A stretch of 64,000 bases of DNA from Candidatus Syntropharchaeum caldarium (GTDB lineage: Archaea; Halobacteriota; Syntropharchaeia; Syntropharchaeales; Syntropharchaeaceae): positions 39,777 to 103,776 of the forward strand of contig LYOS01000002.1 of assembly GCA_001766815.1 (NCBI GenBank), in the 5' to 3' direction. Below are positions 58,491 to 64,000 of the stretch, piece by piece; the stretch's first letter is position 1; each line of letters starts with the position of its first letter. Under the pieces are notes generated by a model. It did not search any database. It was not told the DNA's origin and worked only from the letters and a program-made list of their open reading frames with translations. The translations under genes and the position numbers were made by a program.

Positions 58491-60125
58491 GTGTCTTTGA
58501 TGAGCAAGAGAAGAAGCAGTCGTGTCCTATCCGGGATTGAACGAGCACCACATCGAGCGTTGTTCAGAGCGGTTGGGCTTGGTGAAGCAGATTTTAAGAA
58601 ACCACTTGTTGCGATCGCAAACTCATACAACGAGATAGTGCCAGGGCATATCCACCTCAACGAGCTTGCAAAGTTTGTAAAAGAAGGTGTGAGAGAAGCA
58701 GGGGGAGTTCCACTTGAGTTCAACACGATCGGTATATGTGATGGAATAGCGATGTCACACGAGGGCATGAAGTCATCACTCCCATCAAGAGAGATTATCG
58801 CAGACTCTGTTGAGCTTATGTTGAATGCTCATGCCTTTGATGCCGTGGTTGCGATCGCATCATGTGATAAGATCGTGCCAGGGATGCTGATGGCACTTGC
58901 ACGCTGCAACATTCCATCAATCATGTTAACAGGTGGTGCGATGCTCCCGGGTGTTCTTGACGGGAAGAACTGCGACCTTGCCGATGTCTTTGAGGCCGTT
59001 GCACCCGTGAAGACTGGATCAGCAGATTCTGAGAAGATCGATAGACTTGAGCAAATTGCATGCCCTGGTGCTGGATCATGTGCAGGGATGTTCACGGCAA
59101 ATACGATGCAGTGCCTCACCGAGGCGATGGGGATGTCACTTCCAGGCTCTGCGACCGTGCCTGCTGTATCTGGAGAGAAACGTGCGATCGCAAAGGCGAC
59201 AGGAGTGAAGGTGATTGAACTTCTTGAGAAAGGTATAACACCTGAGAAGATCATAACACCCCAATCGATTGATAATGCCATCACCGTTGATCTGGCACTT
59301 GGCGGTTCAACAAACTCGGTACTTCACATAATGGCGATTGCCAATGAAGCAGGGGTTGAGCTTGAGATTGAGCGCTTCGATGAGTTATCGAGGCGTGTAC
59401 CTCATCTGTGCAATATGTCACCTGCAGGCGATCACATGATTGTGGATCTGGATGAGGCTGGGGGAATTCCTGCGCTTATGAACGAACTGAGAGATCTTTT
59501 GAACCTTGATGTCATGACTGCATCTGGCATGGTACTGGAGGATGCAATAAAGGGTGCTGCTGTTACAAGGCGTGATGTAATCCGCACTGTATCGGATCCG
59601 TACCATCCAGAGGGGGGGCTTGCGATCTTAAAAGGCAGTCTTGCACCTGATGGATCTGTCATCAAGCAGTCTGCGGTATCTGAAGCGATGCAGATACACA
59701 GCGGGCCTGCACGGGTCTTTGACTCGGAGGAGGAGGCAGCAGATGCGATATATGGTGGTAAGATCGAGAACGGTGACGTGATCGTGATACGATACGAAGG
59801 AGCGAAAGGAGGGCCTGGTATGCGTGAGATGCTTGGACCCACTGCCGCAATCACAGGGATGGGGCTTGATCGGGTTGTGCTCATCACGGATGGGAGGTTT
59901 TCAGGTGCAACCCGTGGTCCGTGTATCGGTCATGTGATGCCCGAGGCAGCGGTGGGCGGTACGATCGCGCTTGTGAAGGATGGAGATACAATCAGTATCA
60001 ATATACCCGAGAGAAGGGTTGATATTGAGGTTGATGAGGAGGAACTTTCACGCCGCAGGGCGGAGTGGAGGGCGCCACCACCGAAAGTTAAGAAGGGAGC
60101 ACTACTCAGGTTTGCAAAGGGATAA
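58491..60125 (+). CDS. ilvD: dihydroxy-acid dehydratase
   Basis: [28 protein letters not shown]. Full IlvD/EDD fold, 544 aa. Confidence 0.9.
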   Translation: MSLMSKRRSSRVLSGIERAPHRALFRAVGLGEADFKKPLVAIANSYNEIVPGHIHLNELAKFVKEGVREAGGVPLEFNTIGICDGIAMSHEGMKSSLPSREIIADSVELMLNAHAFDAVVAIASCDKIVPGMLMALARCNIPSIMLTGGAMLPGVLDGKNCDLADVFEAVAPVKTGSADSEKIDRLEQIACPGAGSCAGMFTANTMQCLTEAMGMSLPGSATVPAVSGEKRAIAKATGVKVIELLEKGITPEKIITPQSIDNAITVDLALGGSTNSVLHIMAIANEAGVELEIERFDELSRRVPHLCNMSPAGDHMIVDLDEAGGIPALMNELRDLLNLDVMTASGMVLEDAIKGAAVTRRDVIRTVSDPYHPEGGLAILKGSLAPDGSVIKQSAVSEAMQIHSGPARVFDSEEEAADAIYGGKIENGDVIVIRYEGAKGGPGMREMLGPTAAITGMGLDRVVLITDGRFSGATRGPCIGHVMPEAAVGGTIALVKDGDTISINIPERRVDIEVDEEELSRRRAEWRAPPPKVKKGALLRFAKG

Positions 60126-60205
60126 GTTTAATCCCATAGATTCTTATCAGTATTCGAGGATAATTATATTAAGATAACCGAAGTATATTGATGTAGAATC
60201 ATTTA

Positions 60206-60967
60206 ATGAATGATGGAGGGGTTAGCATAACACTGGAACGGGTAGCTACCGGAATTATGGGACTGGACGAGTTGATTGGTGGCGGTTTTCCCGCAAAGAC
60301 CGTAAATCTTATTTCAGCACCTTCAGGTAGTGGAAAGACACTCTTTGCCATGCAGTATATATACAATGGTGCGAAGGATCATGGAGATGTTGGAATCTTT
60401 ATCACGACAGAGGAAGGCTATGGCAGCATACAGCGGGCAATGAGTGCATTTGGAATGGATATCACCAGATACGAAAACGAAGGTAAACTTTTCATCTTCG
60501 ATATCGCAGAACTGAGGAAAGAGATTGGTATCTCTAAATCCGAAAGACAGATAATGACGTTTGAGGCATTGCAGGATGCACTGGCGGGGATATTGAAGTA
60601 CACCCGAGCAAAAAGACTCGCTCTTGACTCACTTGTGGGAATAGGACTTGCGTACCATTCTAACACCAGTCTGCGTGAAGATATCTTCAGGTTCAGCTGG
60701 TATCTTCGCGATATGAATCTAACATCACTTTTGACGACCGAGTCTGTTGAAGGCGTAGCAGGACTTACAAGATATGGGGTCGAACAGTTCATCTCAGACT
60801 CACTCATTGTTCTCGGGCTTGAGGATAACAACGGCGAACTCGTGCGAACGATCAGGGTGAGAAAGATGCGTTTTACAGCGCATGATCGTGGAAAACACCC
60901 GTTCCTCTTCACTTCAAAGGGTATAGAGGTCTCACCCGGAGAGAAGATTTTTTTAGTTCATGGATGA
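60206..60967 (+). CDS. KaiC/RecA-superfamily ATPase (single KaiC-like domain)
   Basis: GLDELIGGGFP, Walker A SAPSGSGKT, Walker B-like LALDSL, KaiC-type core. 253 aa. Confidence 0.7.
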   Translation: MNDGGVSITLERVATGIMGLDELIGGGFPAKTVNLISAPSGSGKTLFAMQYIYNGAKDHGDVGIFITTEEGYGSIQRAMSAFGMDITRYENEGKLFIFDIAELRKEIGISKSERQIMTFEALQDALAGILKYTRAKRLALDSLVGIGLAYHSNTSLREDIFRFSWYLRDMNLTSLLTTESVEGVAGLTRYGVEQFISDSLIVLGLEDNNGELVRTIRVRKMRFTAHDRGKHPFLFTSKGIEVSPGEKIFLVHG

Positions 60968-62501
60968 AGCCGTAGCAATATCGTCTCGATTGCTGGAAGG
61001 AGTGATAAGAGAGATTGGTCTGATCATCGGTTCAGACCCGATCAGAATGTTGATCTCGCGCCTATCCAGGGATGAAGAGGTTCTGAAATCACTTGAAGTT
61101 GGAGATAATTTCAGTGTGTGTTTTGCTGGTCTCAATAACTCAGATATCGATTCCGGGCAAACATTGAATGCACTGAAAATACTCATGGATCACCTCGTAG
61201 ATTTTTCAGCGAATATTTTTGGTGATGAAGCTTCAGAAAGGATGATGGCTCGTGCACTGGAACCCTTTGATCAGGAGATTGCACGAATGTGCGAACTCAA
61301 TCTTGCAGCGTTTCTCCCTCGCATTGTTGATACTGAAATACACGAGAAGAAGCGGGGTGTGGCTGCAATAATTGACAAAAACAGGATTGAACAGGTTCTT
61401 GTGATATTTGAAGATATTTTATCTGCTTATCTGGAAGATGCGAGTGCCATCGGCTTGATTGAGCTCTACAGACGAAAGATAAGTTCACTACCACCCATCA
61501 ACTCCATATCTTCACCAATAGTGATTACAGATGATGGTAGTGTAAGCCTCTCCAGACTTAATAATGCTGATCTGGATGTGAGACTGCTGGTTGATGAACT
61601 CGCATCGATATCCGACTCATTTATCGATACCGCATCTTTTCTAATCGGAAAAAAAGAGGCACTAAGTCGCGCAGAAAACAGTATAAACCCGGTCCTTGCA
61701 AGATTTCAGCCTTTAACCGATGAACTCGGGATAACAGATAAAATTCTAAAAGGTAATCTTGCAAGACGAATCTCAACAGGTGTGAACGGTTTTGATGAGA
61801 TTATTGAAGGAGGTTTCCCACGATCAGGCTCGATTCTTCTGCAGGGACCACCGGGCATTGAGAAAGACGCTTTCATCAACGCATTCCTGAGATCAGGACT
61901 TTCAAAGGGTTATGCTGCGATGGCGGTTCTTTCAAAGTACACGCCAGCAGACCTCAGGATTCAGATGCGAGATACTGGAATTGATTTGATCAAGTACGAG
62001 GATGAAAATGTATTTGGCATGGTTGACTGGAACGCATGGCGCGGGGAAAACGTGAACGGGGTTGAGGAGGGAGATCGGAGTTCGGTTCTTCGATCATCAA
62101 GGGATCTTTCGTATCTGAGTATAGCTATAAACAAGGTACTTGCCAATCTTGATGAAGTTCCGACACGGCTCGCAGTCATTGATATACTCTCACCTGCCAT
62201 AAATGACTTTGATTTTGAGACGGTTTACGATTTTACCCAATCACTCAGGATAAAATTCAAGAAAGAGGATGTTACAGCTTTATTTTTGATAGATAATGAG
62301 ATGCATGATGGTAAATCACTATCTGCGATTCAGGAGATCTTCGATGGAGTGATCGAGATCGAGCGTCAACGGGTAGATGATCAGATCATAAGAAAGATCG
62401 GTGTGATACACATGGATAGAACATACTTTGATTCAAAATATAAGACGCTTAAACTCTCAAGGGAAGGTATTAAAGTTGTATCAGAGGAGGAATCGTTATG
62501 A
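60960..62501 (+). CDS. two-domain protein: novel N-terminal about 270-aa domain plus C-terminal KaiC-like domain with degenerate P-loop (pseudo-ATPase)
   Basis: GFDEIIEGGFPRSGSILLQGPPGIEKDAF: the P-loop is GIEKD instead of GxGKT/S. Overlaps the upstream KaiC-like gene by 8 nt. Confidence 0.55.
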   Translation: MDEAVAISSRLLEGVIREIGLIIGSDPIRMLISRLSRDEEVLKSLEVGDNFSVCFAGLNNSDIDSGQTLNALKILMDHLVDFSANIFGDEASERMMARALEPFDQEIARMCELNLAAFLPRIVDTEIHEKKRGVAAIIDKNRIEQVLVIFEDILSAYLEDASAIGLIELYRRKISSLPPINSISSPIVITDDGSVSLSRLNNADLDVRLLVDELASISDSFIDTASFLIGKKEALSRAENSINPVLARFQPLTDELGITDKILKGNLARRISTGVNGFDEIIEGGFPRSGSILLQGPPGIEKDAFINAFLRSGLSKGYAAMAVLSKYTPADLRIQMRDTGIDLIKYEDENVFGMVDWNAWRGENVNGVEEGDRSSVLRSSRDLSYLSIAINKVLANLDEVPTRLAVIDILSPAINDFDFETVYDFTQSLRIKFKKEDVTALFLIDNEMHDGKSLSAIQEIFDGVIEIERQRVDDQIIRKIGVIHMDRTYFDSKYKTLKLSREGIKVVSEEESL

Positions 62502-62806
62502 ACGGAATTGAGATGTCTTTTGACCTTTTAAAGACAGTGGCTGCGTTTGCCCTCTTTGTCTATACGATCAGGATGGCGGGTAGTGTCAGGCGTGGAACAA
62601 CCGCATGGGTCTTCTTCGCAATGATGGGTGCGTTCTTTGTATTTGCAAGGATATACGACTGGATAGGACTTATCGCACCGATCGTGGCAGGGACGGTCCC
62701 AGCATGGGAGATGATGTTCACTCTCTCAGAGGAACTGAGCAATCTATTTGCGATCTTCTGCGGGATGATGGGCGTGAAAGAGCTGTATGATGTTATGGTG
62801 AGGTGA
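62498..62806 (+). CDS. small membrane protein (3 TM), paralogue 1
   Basis: 102 aa. Overlaps the upstream gene by 4 nt. Topology and C-terminal …G(M/F)KELxxxxV motif similar to the next ORF. Confidence 0.4.
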   Translation: MNGIEMSFDLLKTVAAFALFVYTIRMAGSVRRGTTAWVFFAMMGAFFVFARIYDWIGLIAPIVAGTVPAWEMMFTLSEELSNLFAIFCGMMGVKELYDVMVR

Positions 62807-63138
62807 GCGTGATGAACGAGATTGTGACATTTGTGGTGCTACAGGAAGTTATGAATGGTCTCACCTTTGTTACGGTGATGCTTGCAGGAAGTTTGGCTCT
62901 CATGGCTGCGATGCTTGCAACGATCACATACAGCGTGCTCAAAGGTGGAACGATCGCATGGATGTATCTGATGCTTGGGTTCTGGATGTTTCTTGTATCA
63001 TTCATTTTGAGGCTCTTTGGGGATGCATGGGTAACTATGGGAATTGCAACCGATATCTCTTACCTCTTTGGGCTTGCAATGATGATCGCGGGCTTCAAAG
63101 AGCTATCAGGTATCTACGTTGATTACCAGCAGACTTAA
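62803..63138 (+). CDS. small membrane protein (3-4 TM), paralogue 2
   Basis: 111 aa. Overlaps paralogue 1 by 4 nt. Shared pattern with the previous ORF: TIAW…FxxxxxLxxxxGxxAxxxxxLFxxxxMIAGFKEL. Confidence 0.4.
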   Translation: MSVMNEIVTFVVLQEVMNGLTFVTVMLAGSLALMAAMLATITYSVLKGGTIAWMYLMLGFWMFLVSFILRLFGDAWVTMGIATDISYLFGLAMMIAGFKELSGIYVDYQQT

Positions 63139-63187
63139 ATATGGTTGGATGATTCTAAGGCATAAAGAGATAGGGTAAGGTGAAGGT

Positions 63188-63376
63188 ATGCCGACGTTTC
63201 AGGTAAAGGGTGTATTCAAGATGGGTAGCAGAAATAACCGATTTACAAAGGTAATCGAGAGTAACAACGAGAAAAATGCGATCGAGAAGGTTTACTCGCT
63301 TCTTGGTAGTGAGCAGCGATTGAAGCGAAGAAACATCAAAATAAAAGAGGTGATGGCGTATGGCAACGAATATTGA
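63188..63376 (+). CDS. rplX: 50S ribosomal protein LX (L18Ae/eL20 family)
   Basis: 62 aa. FQVKGVF…KVIESNNEKNAIEKVYSLLGSEQRLKRRNIKIKEV resembles archaeal LX. Followed by pfdA and ftsY, the conserved archaeal order. Confidence 0.65.
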   Translation: MPTFQVKGVFKMGSRNNRFTKVIESNNEKNAIEKVYSLLGSEQRLKRRNIKIKEVMAYGNEY

Positions 63377-63794
63377 TAAAGAAACTGTTCAGGGAATGAT
63401 TATCAAGCACAGACAGCTCCAGCTTCAGGCTGAGAGCTACACGCAACAGATCGGTGTAATCCAGGCATCACTGGAAGAGCACGAAAAAGCCCTTACAACC
63501 ATGAAAGCACTCGAGAATATAGAGGAGGGTGGAGAACTGCTTGTATCTATTGGTGCTGGTACTGCCATATATGCAACGCTTGATAGAAAGGATAAAGTTA
63601 TCGTCTCGTTCGGGGGTGGGGTGAGCGCTGAAAAGGATCTTAAAAGCGCAATCGATATTGTTACAAAACGTCAGAAAGATCTTTTGGAGACCCAGAAACG
63701 GCTTGCAGAGGCGGTTTCAGGTGTTGAAGCAGAAATACAGAAACTTGAGCAGAATCTTCAGGTGGTTGCAGCACAGATGGAACACAAAGGATAA
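63360..63794 (+). CDS. pfdA: prefoldin alpha subunit
   Basis: 144 aa. Coiled-coil / beta-hairpin / coiled-coil architecture (…ELLVSIGAGTAIYATL…). Confidence 0.8.
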   Translation: MATNIDKETVQGMIIKHRQLQLQAESYTQQIGVIQASLEEHEKALTTMKALENIEEGGELLVSIGAGTAIYATLDRKDKVIVSFGGGVSAEKDLKSAIDIVTKRQKDLLETQKRLAEAVSGVEAEIQKLEQNLQVVAAQMEHKG

Positions 63795-63797
63795 TCA

Positions 63798-64000
63798 ATG
63801 TTTGGAAAGTTAAAAGAAAAGCTTACAAATTTTAAAAAGAACGTAAGCTCAACGATAAAAGAGAAACTCACGAAAGAAGAGAAGATCACGAAAGAAGAGA
63901 AGATTATTGAGGCAGAGCCACCCACACAGAAGGTAGAAGAGGAAAAGAAAAGTATTGGAGAGAAGATAAAGTCACTTGTCGTTGAGCGAGAGGTTACAAT
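63798..64000 (+). CDS. ftsY: signal recognition particle receptor FtsY, N-terminal part (3' end outside window)
   Basis: MFGKLKEKLTNFKKNVSSTIKEKLTKEE… Lys/Glu-rich A-domain start typical of archaeal FtsY. Position after pfdA is conserved. Confidence 0.55.
   Translation, partial: MFGKLKEKLTNFKKNVSSTIKEKLTKEEKITKEEKIIEAEPPTQKVEEEKKSIGEKIKSLVVEREVT

Noticed and set aside
63188-64000. LX - prefoldin alpha - FtsY cluster, considered as a novelty
   Set aside because: This is a widely conserved archaeal gene order. It is useful as lineage evidence but not unusual.

Overview
The window looks like an archaeal (euryarchaeal) chromosome segment. Support: an archaeal initiator tRNA, RNAP subunit L + exosome Csl4, thermosome, CDC48, the LX–prefoldin-alpha–FtsY gene order, SepF, a PGF-CTERM sorting signal, and dense N-x-S/T sequons on surface proteins. 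Genes are tightly packed, often with 4-nt overlaps.

The flanks (1–28 kb and 53–64 kb) are core metabolism and housekeeping:
- isoprenoid lipid synthesis: polyprenyl synthetase, bacterial-type class II HMG-CoA reductase, geranylgeranyl reductase with its ferredoxin;
- Moco and tungsten enzymes: MoaA, MoaB, aldehyde:ferredoxin oxidoreductase with a poly-ferredoxin;
- an aromatic amino acid cluster (aroD, aminotransferase, Lrp, asd) that fits the archaeal DKFP route;
- IlvD, ADP-forming acetyl-CoA synthetase beta subunit, an APC permease fused to two UspA domains, an AI-2E transporter.

The centre (about 28.4–52.8 kb) is accessory-like and holds the most interesting content:
- Respiratory surface cluster: two small multiheme c-type cytochromes, and a 2300-aa giant multiheme cytochrome with at least 17 canonical CxxCH motifs, an internal duplication, discoidin-like and repeated beta-sandwich domains, TSP3-type Ca-binding repeats and a PGF-CTERM anchor. 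Convergent to it is an operon encoding a dockerin protein and a two-cohesin + lamin-tail-domain protein. Together these suggest a cellulosome-style surface scaffold for extracellular electron transfer. A DsbA-like/CcdA fusion (thiol-disulfide relay for heme attachment) lies nearby.
- An operon with two paralogous soluble tandem ABC ATPases resembling MCR component A2 (one with a zinc-ribbon insert), plus four conserved hypothetical proteins. No mcr genes are in the window.
- A 1.8-kb islet with three related roughly 70–135-nt non-coding repeats flanking an RHH–PIN toxin-antitoxin pair and a truncated membrane-protein gene.

Other oddities:
- an HhH–MCM-like AAA+ ATPase;
- a radical SAM / CitG-like / YYY-membrane-protein operon;
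- a KaiC-like ATPase and pseudo-ATPase pair with two paralogous small membrane proteins;
- an orphan HTH-DNA methyltransferase coupled to cdc48;
- a ZPR1 domain ORF that lacks its zinc ribbon.

All calls are from reading the sequence and ORF translations; no database search was run.
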